Shown piece by piece: positions 9,338 through 19,614 of a stretch of DNA of 64,000 nucleotides; the stretch's first letter is position 1, and each line of letters opens with the position of its first letter. A program made the translations under genes and the position numbers. The notes under the pieces were generated by a model, which saw only the letters and a list, made by a program, of their open reading frames with translations, had not been told where the DNA came from and made no database searches. Source of the DNA: Candidatus Binatia bacterium (GTDB lineage Bacteria; Desulfobacterota; Binatia; HRBIN30); contig JBBRSP010000010.1 in the NCBI GenBank assembly GCA_038245295.1, positions 128,001 to 192,000 of the forward strand, written 5' to 3'.

Positions 9338-12300
9338 GCCGCCCCCTGGTCTTCAAAGAAGGAGAGCGCCATCTGCTGCTGTTTGGGCTCCTGCTTCGCG
9401 ATGTAGGAGCGAAGAATTGTCTGGGCGCGCGACGCGGCATTGCGAACCTCCGACGTCGAGCCGCGCGTGGAGAACCATTCCAAGAGCGAACTGAGAGCGG
9501 GGTGACGCTTGAAGTTGCCGTTGGTGAGCGTCTCATTGGCGCTAATGCCGCTGTTCTCGAAGCACGCACCGATGAGGAACGCGGCCTGGTCGTAGTCGCT
9601 CGTCATGCCGCTCCGATGCTTGCGCTGCCACGTGCGCGCGACGTCGAGCGGCGACGTGACGAAGTAGGTCTTCTTTTCCTCGGAGCACCAGCCACGCACC
9701 TCAAAGTCAGACGGCGCGATGCCGGTGCCGCGCAGAAATTTCTGGATCTGGTCGCGCGGGATCTCCTTCACGCCGTCAAAGAGCCGAAGGAACTGTCGCG
9801 TGAACGGCTCTGCGTTGACCGGCGGCGGGTCCTTGATGCCTCCCGTTTCTTCATCGAGGAGCTGATTGATGCCGACGAGCGCTTCGAGCACCGTCATCGA
9901 GCGCCCCTCATTCACGAGCACCTTGCCGTAGTGCCGCGAGTAGTACTCGAGGGCCTTGCCGCGACGGATGACCTGAAGGTCGGCTTCGGGTAGACCGGCC
10001 TTCTGGTGGTGCTCAAGCATGCTCTTCAGGGCGCGCACGTCCTGCAGCACCTGGCGGCGCATCTTCGCCCAGCTCACCGGGGTCGGCTCCTCGAAGCGCT
10101 TCCGGCAAACATGGATGATGTCGTACTCGATCTGCTTCGAGCCAAACTCGCCTTCGCCCTTCGATTCGTCGCTGCGAATCGGGTACGTCGCTTCGAGATA
10201 GAATCCGGCGTCGAAGAGGCTCTCGAGAACGGCCACCCACGGCGCGTCTTCGCTATGATGGAACGTGAATGCGAGGATGCCGGACGGGCGAAGAAGCCGG
10301 GACGCTTCCCGCCAGCTCTCGGTCAGTACGCGCTTGTAGTGCTCGTCCGCGTCGTCAGGGTGCTGTGCCGGGTTCGAGATGGCTTCGAGCGTCTTCGGTG
10401 TGTACTCGCTGGAGAAAAACTCGGAGTACTTCGAGCGGAGAACCTTCCGAAGCCAGACGTAGAAGAAGTCAGCGAGCTCGGCGTAGAAGAGCAAGCCGCC
10501 GAAGGGAGGATCGGTGATGACAAGGTCAAAGCTACCGGTCTCCCATGAGTCGATATCGCTGGCAGAGCCACACTTCAGAGTCGAAAGCGTCGAGGGCGGA
10601 TCTCCAATGTATCCCTTCTCGCTCTTGCCCGTGAGGTCGGCAGCGATGGCGGGCGACTGCTGGGCGAGCCACTCGTTGCTGAGCACGTCCCAGGGGCGCT
10701 CGCGCCAATCGAGCGTCTCAGTGAGCGCCTCAGTACACGACAGCCAGTTGCCACGTCCCATCGCTCCGAACACGCTGTTCTCAACCACCACGTGTTTCGG
10801 GTGGTAGTTGTTGTTGCTCATGTGCGGTTCAAGCTTGTCCGCCTGGATGTTCCAAAAGGCAAACATGTTCTGGTTTCGCAGGTACTGCTGGAACGAACCG
10901 AGAACGAGTTCACGGGTTTCCCAACAGTGCTTCTCTCCCCCAACGCTCGTGATCGCTTTCAGCAGCAGCGCGTGAACCAGAAGCTGCCGCGCGTTGAACA
11001 TGTCGGCCCAGCGGAGGTAGCCGTGTTGCGGCAGCGGCTGCCGCTGATGGGTCATGTGACCGAAAGGGATTTCACTCTCGGGCCAGAAACCCTTGAGGTC
11101 TGCTTCACGGCGAGCCTCCCATTCGCGACAGGCTGCCTCGAACGGCGCGGGATCAATGGACGCATTGAAGAAACGACCGCTGTATGCAGCCCCTGTCTTC
11201 TTGAGGCCGGCACTGAAGCACTGCATGACGAGCGGCGCGACCGGGGCCGATTTCCCGGATGCGTTGGTCGCGACAACAATGCGCTGAACCGCGCCGCAAG
11301 CGCCGCATGCGAAGTGCCCGTCCTTCGGGACCGTCCCGCCCTTACTGGGTTGAACCGCGACTCCATCGACGGTGACACTGTCGGGGAGCGTCCCTCGCAG
11401 CTCGACGACAACTGCATCCTTCGAGCGGGCGTCCAACCAACGGCAGGTGTCTGCAGCGCTGTCAGTGACGCTTCCACCCAAGAGACCGGCGGGACTAGTG
11501 CCCGCAATTCCGGCCAGCCAGCGGGGGTGAGCCATCAGCGAAAGGCGAACCTTCTTCTTCACCGCCTTCCCGAGGTTCGGGAACGACTCCTTCGCTCCGC
11601 ACGACGGGCACGTGACGCTGCTGGTCCTCACATCGAGCGCGCAGAACGGCTTTTCATCGTCGGCGACAACGAGCTTGGCGTCAGGCGCCATGCGGGCTTC
11701 GGAGTCCTCAATGTCGTAGGACGTCTTGCACGCCTTGCACGTGTGCTCCCATGCCTTCACGGTGAGTTCTTTCAGAGCGATGACCGGCGAGGTCATTGCG
11801 GGTGTGCGATGCCCGCAACCAGTCATTGCGCAAGGAATGTGCTTGCCCCAGAAGACGTAGATGAGCTCGGGACCCTCGTATCTGTACGTCTTCCGCTCCT
11901 CTGGCTTGAGCGCTAGCGGGTCGAAGTCGGCGCCCATGGCCTTGTTGTCCGCGATGCGCGTCCACGTCCCGCGCTCTCCGTGCGGACCGTTACACGCGTA
12001 GAACGGCATGAGCTGCGGCTTTAGCTCGGCCTCGATGTCGGCGAGCAGCGCTTCGACCTTGGCCTTCTTCACGTCGGCCAGTTCGGTCTTCACGACGAAC
12101 CACGCCACCGGGTTCAAGTCGTTGCCGAACATCTGCATGCCGAGGCGACTGCCCTCGACGACGGTGGTGCCGCCGCCCATGAAGATGTCGGCGACCTTGA
12201 CGTTGGCGAACGAGCGCTTCTTCTGGTGGTTCGCGTAGTAGACGTCCCACACGGCCTTCGCGGCCTGCGACGTGTCCTCGGGCGCCTTCATCGACGCCGA

Positions 12301-12564
12301 GAGCAGCAGCGAGCGGAACACGCTCGATCTGCGTCGCGCCCACCACTTCGACATTTGGTAGATGGGCTTGCCCGCGTTGCCCTCGATGGTGGCGACCTGG
12401 TTCACGGGGAGGATCGGGAAGTCGACCTCGAGGCAGGTCTTCGGTCGGTTCGGGTCGCTGAAGTCGACCGTCTCGACCTGCACGGCCTTGCCCGCACCAA
12501 CGGCGTCGGCGACCGCCTTCGCCACGCGGGCAGCCTTCGTTCCACTCGTTGCTGCTTTGGCCAT
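9334..12564 (-). CDS. DUF1156-type DNA amino-methyltransferase with Zn ribbons
   Basis: KWWARR N-terminal motif, motif I DIFMGGGTT, motif IV TDPPF, several CxxC pairs; start MAKAAT at 12564 just after the PglZ-like stop. Confidence 0.9.
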   Translation of the reverse strand: MAKAATSGTKAARVAKAVADAVGAGKAVQVETVDFSDPNRPKTCLEVDFPILPVNQVATIEGNAGKPIYQMSKWWARRRSSVFRSLLLSASMKAPEDTSQAAKAVWDVYYANHQKKRSFANVKVADIFMGGGTTVVEGSRLGMQMFGNDLNPVAWFVVKTELADVKKAKVEALLADIEAELKPQLMPFYACNGPHGERGTWTRIADNKAMGADFDPLALKPEERKTYRYEGPELIYVFWGKHIPCAMTGCGHRTPAMTSPVIALKELTVKAWEHTCKACKTSYDIEDSEARMAPDAKLVVADDEKPFCALDVRTSSVTCPSCGAKESFPNLGKAVKKKVRLSLMAHPRWLAGIAGTSPAGLLGGSVTDSAADTCRWLDARSKDAVVVELRGTLPDSVTVDGVAVQPSKGGTVPKDGHFACGACGAVQRIVVATNASGKSAPVAPLVMQCFSAGLKKTGAAYSGRFFNASIDPAPFEAACREWEARREADLKGFWPESEIPFGHMTHQRQPLPQHGYLRWADMFNARQLLVHALLLKAITSVGGEKHCWETRELVLGSFQQYLRNQNMFAFWNIQADKLEPHMSNNNYHPKHVVVENSVFGAMGRGNWLSCTEALTETLDWRERPWDVLSNEWLAQQSPAIAADLTGKSEKGYIGDPPSTLSTLKCGSASDIDSWETGSFDLVITDPPFGGLLFYAELADFFYVWLRKVLRSKYSEFFSSEYTPKTLEAISNPAQHPDDADEHYKRVLTESWREASRLLRPSGILAFTFHHSEDAPWVAVLESLFDAGFYLEATYPIRSDESKGEGEFGSKQIEYDIIHVCRKRFEEPTPVSWAKMRRQVLQDVRALKSMLEHHQKAGLPEADLQVIRRGKALEYYSRHYGKVLVNEGRSMTVLEALVGINQLLDEETGGIKDPPPVNAEPFTRQFLRLFDGVKEIPRDQIQKFLRGTGIAPSDFEVRGWCSEEKKTYFVTSPLDVARTWQRKHRSGMTSDYDQAAFLIGACFENSGISANETLTNGNFKRHPALSSLLEWFSTRGSTSEVRNAASRAQTILRSYIAKQEPKQQQMALSFFEDQGAA

Positions 12565-12566
12565 GT

Positions 12567-13586
12567 CTATGCTCCACCCGTCCGCGAAAGCTCGATGAAC
12601 GGCACCGCTACTTCGAGGAGCGAGAGGCCACCGTGCGTGAGAGTTGGATAGCCGCCCTGGCTCTTCCACTTGCGACGGCCCAGCGCGAACGTCGCGTCGG
12701 CGTGGGCGGTCTTCAGCGGCAGATCGAGCGGCGGCACCCACGCGCCAGGGGCGGGCTGCTCGAGGTCGGCGACCTTCGCCCAGCGGCCACTGGCAAAGCG
12801 GTCCTTCAGGTACGAGGACTGCGCGGGGTCGATGGTGTCGGGGAAGTGTCCACTCGCCGCGTAGCCGTGGTCGGCGGTGATGACGAGGCGCCGTCCCGTT
12901 GTAAGCGTGTGGACCAGGGTCCAGAAGGCGTCGCTCGAGAGCTGCTCCGCGGCTTCCTTCGCCAGCGCCGCGAGGCCATGCCCCGGCGAGCGCAGCTCGT
13001 GGACGCGCTCATCGAGCCAGTCGTGCCAGAGCAGCCAATCGTGGGTGGCGTTGATCTGCGCCGCGCAGTCTTGCCACGGGAGGTTGGTCGAGTCGGTCGT
13101 CGCCCCGGTGAGGCGGCCCTTGCCGGCGCCGAGGTTGTTCTGGAGCGAGCTCCTGCGTGTGAAGCCGAGCGCCTCGGCAAACGGCGTCGTGTCGGCGGGT
13201 AGCTCGGCGCCCGTCGCGCGGGCCTGGTGGACCGTGTAGCCACGCTCCTTCACGCCCTTGAGCAGCCAGGGCACTTCGCGCAGCGAGAGCGCGTCGAGGA
13301 TGAGGACCGCGCGACCAGCACCACGCTCGGCCCACCACGACGCGAGCACGTCGGCGGTGCGCGGGACCACCGTCTCGTACGACTTCCAGAGGTCCCAGCC
13401 CGCCGTCGCGAGGAAAAGATCGGCCGCCCCGAGCTCGGCGTCACGCTTGGTTACCTCCGATGGGGCCTTGTCCTGTGCGAGCGGTGCCGAGCACGTGTTC
13501 CACGCGTGCTCGAACAGGCTCGCCCAGGCGGTGTCGGACGAGGCGGACTGAAGCTGCCGCAGCAACGTGAGCGGCAGCGGCATCAC
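12567..13586 (-). CDS. PglZ-like alkaline-phosphatase-superfamily protein
   Basis: LILDALS, ITADHGY and THGGLSLLEVAVP match the PglZ metal-binding motifs; start could also be ATG 13583. Confidence 0.8.
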   Translation of the reverse strand: MMPLPLTLLRQLQSASSDTAWASLFEHAWNTCSAPLAQDKAPSEVTKRDAELGAADLFLATAGWDLWKSYETVVPRTADVLASWWAERGAGRAVLILDALSLREVPWLLKGVKERGYTVHQARATGAELPADTTPFAEALGFTRRSSLQNNLGAGKGRLTGATTDSTNLPWQDCAAQINATHDWLLWHDWLDERVHELRSPGHGLAALAKEAAEQLSSDAFWTLVHTLTTGRRLVITADHGYAASGHFPDTIDPAQSSYLKDRFASGRWAKVADLEQPAPGAWVPPLDLPLKTAHADATFALGRRKWKSQGGYPTLTHGGLSLLEVAVPFIELSRTGGA

Positions 13587-16321
13587 TTCTCCTCCTTGTT
13601 CAGCGTCAGCTCATAGGTGATGCCGTCGGGCAGCTTCTTGAGCAGCTCGTTGAGCTGCGCGCCCGTGAGGTTCGCGACCTTGAGCTGGACGTCCTGAACC
13701 TGCGTGCCCGTCGTGATGCCCCAGCTCTCGACCTTACCGAGCAGATTGAGCGCGGAGGTGGCGCCCGCCGTGCTCAACTGTTTCAGCGTCGTGGTCGGGC
13801 CGTTGCCGAAGATGCTGCCGCCAGGCGCCGTCGAGATCGGGGGCTGCGCGCTGTCACCTCCAGCTTCACCGCCCGTGATGGGGGGCTGAGGGTTCAGGGG
13901 GAGCTGACCGGTGCCACCATTGATCGGCGGGACCACAGGTGGCTGCGGCGGCACCACACCCTCCGCGTGCGGCACGGCTTGTGGGAGGAGCACGTAGGTC
14001 TCGTCGAGGTGCTTGCCCGTTCCGAGCTTGCTACACATGCGCTTCCACGCGGTCTCCTCATTCTCGCCCGCGCGCACTTGCAGGTACTCCATACCACGCA
14101 GGTTGATGGCGATCTCGCCGCGGGCGCACGTCCTAAGGAGCTTCTCCTTCATCGCGATCTCGCCGAGCCAGGGGATGCAGTCCTCGCCACCCGGGCGCGG
14201 TTCCTGCAACTCGCGCAACAGCTTGCCGACCGACTCGTTCTGTTGGGCAGCCGCGAGGACGAGCGCGTCGAAGTCCTCCGAGACGAACAGGTTCTTCGCG
14301 ACGAGCTCGTCGACCTTCTCGGGGACCTTCGCGCCTTCTTCCTTGTGACCCTCGACGTGGAAGGTGCATTGCGACGGGGTCTGGAAGTTCCAGGTCGCGA
14401 GGATGGCGAAGCGATCGAAGCGGCGCTTGAGGATGTCGCGCAGCTCGCGCTCGTACTTTTGGTGGAGCTTCTTGAACTCGGGGTTCTGTGCCTTCCACTT
14501 GTCGGCGAGTAGCACCGCGCGCGCGAGCACGAGGAGGTCGCGGTCGTAGAATAGGTTCTCGCCGCCGTCGCGCGGCAGCAGGAAGCGCACCGCGTTGCGA
14601 CGCGTCTGCAACCGCTCCTTGAGCCAGGTGCCGAGGCGCGCTTCGACCTTGTCCGGCGGCTCGGGCAATACGAGCAACGGGATGCGTTCGTCCCACTGCG
14701 GGGGAAGGTCGGCCTCGTCGACGCCTGCCCACGGATCGGCCATCCAATTCGCGCCGAGCACCACGACACGGAATGCCTTGGCGACGCTCTCGGCGCCACC
14801 GAGGACGTAGCGCACCTCGCGCGCGAGCTGCAGACGGTCGTTGAGCTTGTCCGGCGTGTCCCCGAACAGCTTGTCGTTACGCGCGTTGGCGATGAGCTTC
14901 GCCTGCGGATTTTCCTCCTCGCGGAAGACGAGGCGCGAGCCCTCCTGGTGGATGTTGAAACTGTTCTCGACGATGGTCGACAGCTCGGCCGAGAAGAAGT
15001 TGTCGTCGACCGCCTTGGCCCGCGTTATGTCGACGTGCAGCTCGGCGGGATCGGCGCCAGCGTTCTTGATCGCCAGCGAGCGGAGCCAGAGCGCGCCCAC
15101 GATGTCCGCAAGGTGTGGAACGGTCTGCGCCGGGTCCTTCACCGCGTCGAGCACAGCGCTCAAGTTACGTTGCGCCTTCTCACGCAGGTTCGCGTGGTGC
15201 TGGTTTGACACGGAGTCGAGCAGCGCAACGATGCCGCTCTTGTCGTCGTCGAGGCGGAAGTCGGCTGCCGTGATGATCGGCGAGCTGGCGTTCCGTGACT
15301 TGAAGACGTCGGCGAGGATGCGGATCAGGTCACGGGTCTCCTGCGCCTGCGTCGCGACGAGCACTTGGTCCTCGAGCAACGTCATCAGATGCGGCGCGAA
15401 CGGCCAAGCCTCGACGAAGTCGGAGCGGACGCGTTGGTGCTCGGCGGGCGCGACGTCGGCGAGGCGCAGGTGCTCCGAGACGTGCCTCTCGATGACCGCC
15501 TCGATCTGCGCTGGCTGCACGTTCATCCGGTTATCGAACAGGCGGTGCAGGAGGAGGCGAAGGCGGTCGCGGCGCGCGTTCGGCCCCTTGAAATCGATTT
15601 GGCGTGGGTTCACGCGGTGAATCTGTTGGTACGCCTCGGTCTCGCCGTTGCGGACCGAGACGACGAGTACGAGCAACTCAGGGTGCTCCTTGGCGATCTC
15701 CGAGAGGAGCTGGATGAAGTTGAAAGCCCACGACTTCCACGGGTACTGCTTCGTGTTCGTCAGGCCGTCGTACCAGGTCTGGAACTCGTCGAGGACGAGC
15801 GCGGTCGGCGTGTGAGTGAACAGCTCCACGAGAAGCTTGTCGCCGGGGATGTCGGTCCGCTTGTCGCCCTGCGCCTCCCACTTGCCCTTGATGTACGCGC
15901 CGTGCGGGTGGCGCTCGAGGATAAGGTCCCACAGGAACTTGTAGTTCTGGCGGTGGAGGCTCTCGCTGATGACGAGTGTCTTCGGCCGCAGCCTGATCCC
16001 GTCCAGCGTCGGCTGACCCAGACGAATGCCCCACGCCTTCAGCCAATCCAAAGTGACCTCTGGGCTGTCGAAGCCGTGGTACAGGGCGGCGAGCAAATGC
16101 GACTTACCCTGGCCGCGCTCGCCGATGAGTACGACAGGCTGGCCGTGTCCCGGGCCGATCGCCTCCATCGCTGAGATCACGTCGGCCGTTGGGTACGTAA
16201 TACCGAGAAACTCGGAAGCGCCAATCTGCGTCGCCCCTGTATTGTTCTCATTCGCCAGCTCGATCGCCGTCCCCTTGAGACGACGGCCGTGGAATTCCTC
16301 GCGCAGTGTCAGTCCCAGCAT
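13583..16321 (-). CDS. DUF499-family AAA+ ATPase (BrxC/PglY-related)
   Basis: Walker A GERGQGKSH, Walker B LVLDEF, WPFAP and QETRDLIRILA motifs; first gene of the operon. Confidence 0.85.
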   Translation of the reverse strand: MLGLTLREEFHGRRLKGTAIELANENNTGATQIGASEFLGITYPTADVISAMEAIGPGHGQPVVLIGERGQGKSHLLAALYHGFDSPEVTLDWLKAWGIRLGQPTLDGIRLRPKTLVISESLHRQNYKFLWDLILERHPHGAYIKGKWEAQGDKRTDIPGDKLLVELFTHTPTALVLDEFQTWYDGLTNTKQYPWKSWAFNFIQLLSEIAKEHPELLVLVVSVRNGETEAYQQIHRVNPRQIDFKGPNARRDRLRLLLHRLFDNRMNVQPAQIEAVIERHVSEHLRLADVAPAEHQRVRSDFVEAWPFAPHLMTLLEDQVLVATQAQETRDLIRILADVFKSRNASSPIITAADFRLDDDKSGIVALLDSVSNQHHANLREKAQRNLSAVLDAVKDPAQTVPHLADIVGALWLRSLAIKNAGADPAELHVDITRAKAVDDNFFSAELSTIVENSFNIHQEGSRLVFREEENPQAKLIANARNDKLFGDTPDKLNDRLQLAREVRYVLGGAESVAKAFRVVVLGANWMADPWAGVDEADLPPQWDERIPLLVLPEPPDKVEARLGTWLKERLQTRRNAVRFLLPRDGGENLFYDRDLLVLARAVLLADKWKAQNPEFKKLHQKYERELRDILKRRFDRFAILATWNFQTPSQCTFHVEGHKEEGAKVPEKVDELVAKNLFVSEDFDALVLAAAQQNESVGKLLRELQEPRPGGEDCIPWLGEIAMKEKLLRTCARGEIAINLRGMEYLQVRAGENEETAWKRMCSKLGTGKHLDETYVLLPQAVPHAEGVVPPQPPVVPPINGGTGQLPLNPQPPITGGEAGGDSAQPPISTAPGGSIFGNGPTTTLKQLSTAGATSALNLLGKVESWGITTGTQVQDVQLKVANLTGAQLNELLKKLPDGITYELTLNKEEK

Positions 16322-16631
16322 GATTCCGCTCCGTTATGCAGGTGTCTCGCCCTCGGTCCGACTCTATTCCGCAGGCCTGCTCGGAAATCCAATCAATCCA
16401 AGTCAATTCGAAGGCAGCCCAGGAAATGGCCAAGCTTGAGACCCGATCTTCGCTTGTTGAAAGTAGTCCTCGAGCTGTCGTTGATTCACCTCGAGGTACT
16501 CTGCAATCTCAAAGCGCCTTGATTGCACTAGGATGTTGCGGATCCCTCCAGGGCACTTACCGCCGGGACGATACGGGATCTGTATCTCGAGAACAACGTC
16601 GTGGGTGAAGTTTTCAGGCGATCGAGGGCAA

Positions 16632-16699
16632 GGAATTGGGGACGTGGAGGTTATTCGGACGATTCACAATCGTCCGAATAACCTCTACATCCCTTTTCC
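16632..16699. repeat. long hairpin (GGAATTGGGGACG family); may also terminate the gene at 16726-17382
   Basis: Perfect 18-bp arms 16647-16664 / 16668-16685 with a 3-nt loop; imperfect extension to GGAA...TTCC. Confidence 0.75.
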
Positions 16700-16725
16700 A
16701 GGCTCCTTAAGAAGCTGCGGCCTAG

Positions 16726-17382
16726 CTAGAGGTCTTTGAGCTGGTCGACGCTTTGCTTCTCAGCAGAGCGATTCAGTTCATCCCACCGTGTCGGATGAAG
16801 AACTCGCAACTTCGCCTTGTCGACTGTATCAGCAGGAGAATTGAAAGAAATGACCGCGCCCTTGAGCTTCCAAATCGCGCCGACGCTGGGGAAAATACCG
16901 CCGAGCTTGTTACGCACCGTTCCACGTTTGATGGATGCTGGACGCCCATACTTCGCACTTAGGAGGCTGATGACCTGCTCAGCCGCACCCGAGTCAATCT
17001 CCTCCGTGGAAATCTCCATGATCTTGCCGTCGGAAGCTGGCGCGATGATGCGCCAAGAGTACCCGAGAATTGAGTTGAGCGAATCTGCAAATCTTAGTTC
17101 ACAACTTGATCGCTCTTGCGTGCACCTAACCAAACGCATTCTGTTGAAATCACGGTCGTATTCCGTGGCGACTGCGCACGGGGCCTGCTGGGGGGCCTTG
17201 TCCCCCCGCGGCGGACCGCCGTCGGGCCAAAGTTGATCTGCTGCCCAACTACAGACCGAGAGAGTATGAAGCTCCCACCCAATGGATACTTGACGGAACT
17301 TAAAGGGCTCCGCATGTGCGACACTTGCGGTAGCCAAAAGAACTAGAAGCAACCCTTCGACTAACCTGCGGGGGATGTACAT
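16726..17382 (-). CDS. hypothetical secreted protein
   Basis: Sec-like signal peptide (LLLVLLATASVAHA); visibly lower GC than its neighbours. Confidence 0.7.
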   Translation of the reverse strand: MYIPRRLVEGLLLVLLATASVAHAEPFKFRQVSIGWELHTLSVCSWAADQLWPDGGPPRGDKAPQQAPCAVATEYDRDFNRMRLVRCTQERSSCELRFADSLNSILGYSWRIIAPASDGKIMEISTEEIDSGAAEQVISLLSAKYGRPASIKRGTVRNKLGGIFPSVGAIWKLKGAVISFNSPADTVDKAKLRVLHPTRWDELNRSAEKQSVDQLKDL

Positions 17383-17992
17383 GGTTCGACGTCTTCACCT
17401 ATTGGTCGTTGATCGTCGTTTGTGCGGGCTTCCAGGAATTGGACGTGCGGTAGAGGTTGGGGGGAGGAATCGAGCCTCCCCGCGTCGCTCACTGGGAAAT
17501 GATCGCCATTTTGTAGGTTCTGCGCTGACCCTCGTATGGAGCGGATTGAACACCATGCCCCCCCACAGCAACGCTCCACACCATACGTCTACGAACCGGG
17601 ACGTGTCAATGAAAGTGAGACAGTCGACATCGGAATTTAGTCAGTGCGCGTGGCTGCGAGATCGGCATCCTGACCTCGCAGAAGCTGTTTTTGGGGGTAC
17701 CGTACCCTCACCCGAGTCGAGATCGTCGTTCCGAGAGTGGATCGGAAAAGGGGATGAGCCCCATTGTTGTGTGTTGGCACAACTCGGTCCAACACGAGGG
17801 AACCGAGGGGCGCAGGTCACCGCGGCGAAGGCCGCCGATGCGGCGTCACTCAAAGCAATCGCCCCGCGAAATGGGGGTCGTCATCCCCTTTACTGCACTT
17901 TCCGAGCCTGAAGTGTTCGAGCGGGTCAGGATGGCTGGACTTGTTCATTTGTCTGGCGCCAGCGATTGCGACCTTCCGGGAATGTTCGGGGT

Positions 17993-18229
17993 TCAGGATC
18001 CGGTTGCGGCAAGCTCGCGGACGTGAGCGACATCCCGGGGCTGGATCGAACGAACTTGCGCCGGCCGCAGCGTTACGACAGCCACCGTTTCTCCTGCGAG
18101 TGTCATGATTTCGACTTCGTAGGCGGCACCGCCCTTGTGGACATGCACCACGGTGCCGATATCGCCGGCTTCAAGACTCGCGCCGGAGACTTTCTCTGTG
18201 AGAACCACAATGTCGTGCTCGTTGATCAT
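17993..18229 (-). CDS. DUF4926 family protein (putative antitoxin)
   Basis: EHDIVVLTE...LEAGDIGTVVHVH...YEVE pattern. Confidence 0.85.
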   Translation of the reverse strand: MINEHDIVVLTEKVSGASLEAGDIGTVVHVHKGGAAYEVEIMTLAGETVAVVTLRPAQVRSIQPRDVAHVRELAATGS

Positions 18230-18360
18230 CGTCTTTCTCCTAGAGGATACGCCGTGATCAGCCGCGGGGCAACTTCGCCGCTATCGAGTTGCCACACGGA
18301 CCGCACCAGAGGGCCTCGGCCGTCAGGAGTCGCCAATGGGCCATCCACCTCATAGCGAGA
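18226..18360 (-). pseudogene. 3' fragment of a DUF6883-like gene (usual partner of DUF4926)
   Basis: Translates as RYEVDGPLATPDGRGPLVRSVWQLDSGEVAPRLITAYPLGERR*, ATGA-coupled to DUF4926; the 5' part is missing. Confidence 0.75.
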
Positions 18361-18711
18361 GGAATTGGACAGGACACCCACCCTTGAACGGCGTCGCTTG
18401 GCCGCGGAAGCTCAGCAGAAGGCAGGTTCCGTTGATTCATTAAGCTGTTAGCCAACCTGCGTTGGGAAACCTTTGCCTTCGACGCAGGATGGGGTCCGCC
18501 GTGGTCCCACCGGAGTGGAAGGCCGAGAATGCTGAGCTCGTCGGGCGTTGGGCGTTGGGGACAGGCGTGAAAACGGCTGGTAAGATTCAGCCTTCTCCCG
18601 GCGGGGCCGGCTGTCTCGGTTGCAGAGCTATAGAGGACCGAGCGCCGCATTCTTACAGCGCTAAGTCGCAAAGTTTTTGCAGGCGCTGTGCTCGCCGTGT
18701 CGGGTGTGCTG

Positions 18712-19614
18712 TTACCCGACGGCCTCGTCCAACGTGCGCGCTGTCAGAGCGCGTGCAGCGATGTTCTCGAGCTGTTCGATCGAGGAAGCCCGGATGCTCG
18801 CTTCGATCGCAGCGGGAACCTGACCGAATCGCAGGATCAGGAGCTTTAGCACCAAGGCGGCGCGGCCCTTGGCCTCACCGCGAACTTCACCTCGGGCCTC
18901 ACCTTCGGCTACCCCTTCGGCTCGACCCTGGGCCAACCAGCGCCGTGCATGCTCGCTTTGAGCCTCGTATTTAGTGGGGTCCATACTTTGCAGAGCCTCC
19001 GTTGCCGCTGCGCTCAACGACGCGTGTACCAAGTCAAAATACAACTTCGCGCGCTCATCGTCGAGTCCAATGCTGGCCGTCATCGCCGTTGCGGCAATCT
19101 GCGCCGCCTTGGCCGTGTCGGCGTCCTTGCCGTGCGCCATAGCCGACAACACCGCCAACTCAGGATCGTTGATGGCGCGTTGTCGGTCGGTGATCTCGGG
19201 CACGCCCGACGGCCCCAACACCAGCGGCACAAAGTGATTGCCGCCGCCGAGGTCAATGGGACGCGACGCCCAGCGTGCGACGCGATCGCTGACCGTCACC
19301 ACCAGAAGCACCACCTTGCAGCGAAAACGCGCGCGCAGTCCGGCAACGTACAGCGGCCACGAGAAACGCTTCGCCTTGCTCGGCTGCAGTTGGACCTCGA
19401 CGATAATCCCCAACACCGGTTTGCCATGGCTCAGCAACACCACCAGATCGGCACGATACTCGGCGGCCTGCAGGTTGGTGAAGTCGGCCGACTCGATGCG
19501 CACCTCGCTGTACTGCGGCAACACTTCGCACAGCGCCTCGCGCAGCAGCTCGGGCGCCAGGGCCGGTCGGTTGCGGAAAAGATACAGCAGAGCCTCGTGT
19601 TGCGGCGACGGCAT
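18712..19614 (-). CDS. Rpn/PD-(D/E)XK-like protein with a C-terminal DUF4351-like domain
   Basis: YRADLVV...IIVEVQL core, G(R/E)AEG repeats, LKLLILRFG tail. Confidence 0.8.
   Translation of the reverse strand: MPSPQHEALLYLFRNRPALAPELLREALCEVLPQYSEVRIESADFTNLQAAEYRADLVVLLSHGKPVLGIIVEVQLQPSKAKRFSWPLYVAGLRARFRCKVVLLVVTVSDRVARWASRPIDLGGGNHFVPLVLGPSGVPEITDRQRAINDPELAVLSAMAHGKDADTAKAAQIAATAMTASIGLDDERAKLYFDLVHASLSAAATEALQSMDPTKYEAQSEHARRWLAQGRAEGVAEGEARGEVRGEAKGRAALVLKLLILRFGQVPAAIEASIRASSIEQLENIAARALTARTLDEAVG

Noticed and set aside
7782..9569. 595-aa ORF as listed in the track
   Set aside because: The N-terminal 251 codons overlap two real genes in another frame; the real HNH gene starts at 8816
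17375..17990. ORFs 17375..17911 and neighbours
   Set aside because: No recognisable motifs, no RBS, and they overlap palindromic elements; treated as non-coding
16330..18720. Integron cassette array (GTTRRRY-like sites at ~16333 and ~18447)
   Set aside because: No paired RYYYAAC...GTTRRRY attC structure could be built and no integron integrase is present
18712..19614. IS transposase
   Set aside because: No DDE or HUH motif, terminal IRs or target duplication; Rpn-like proteins are not established IS transposases
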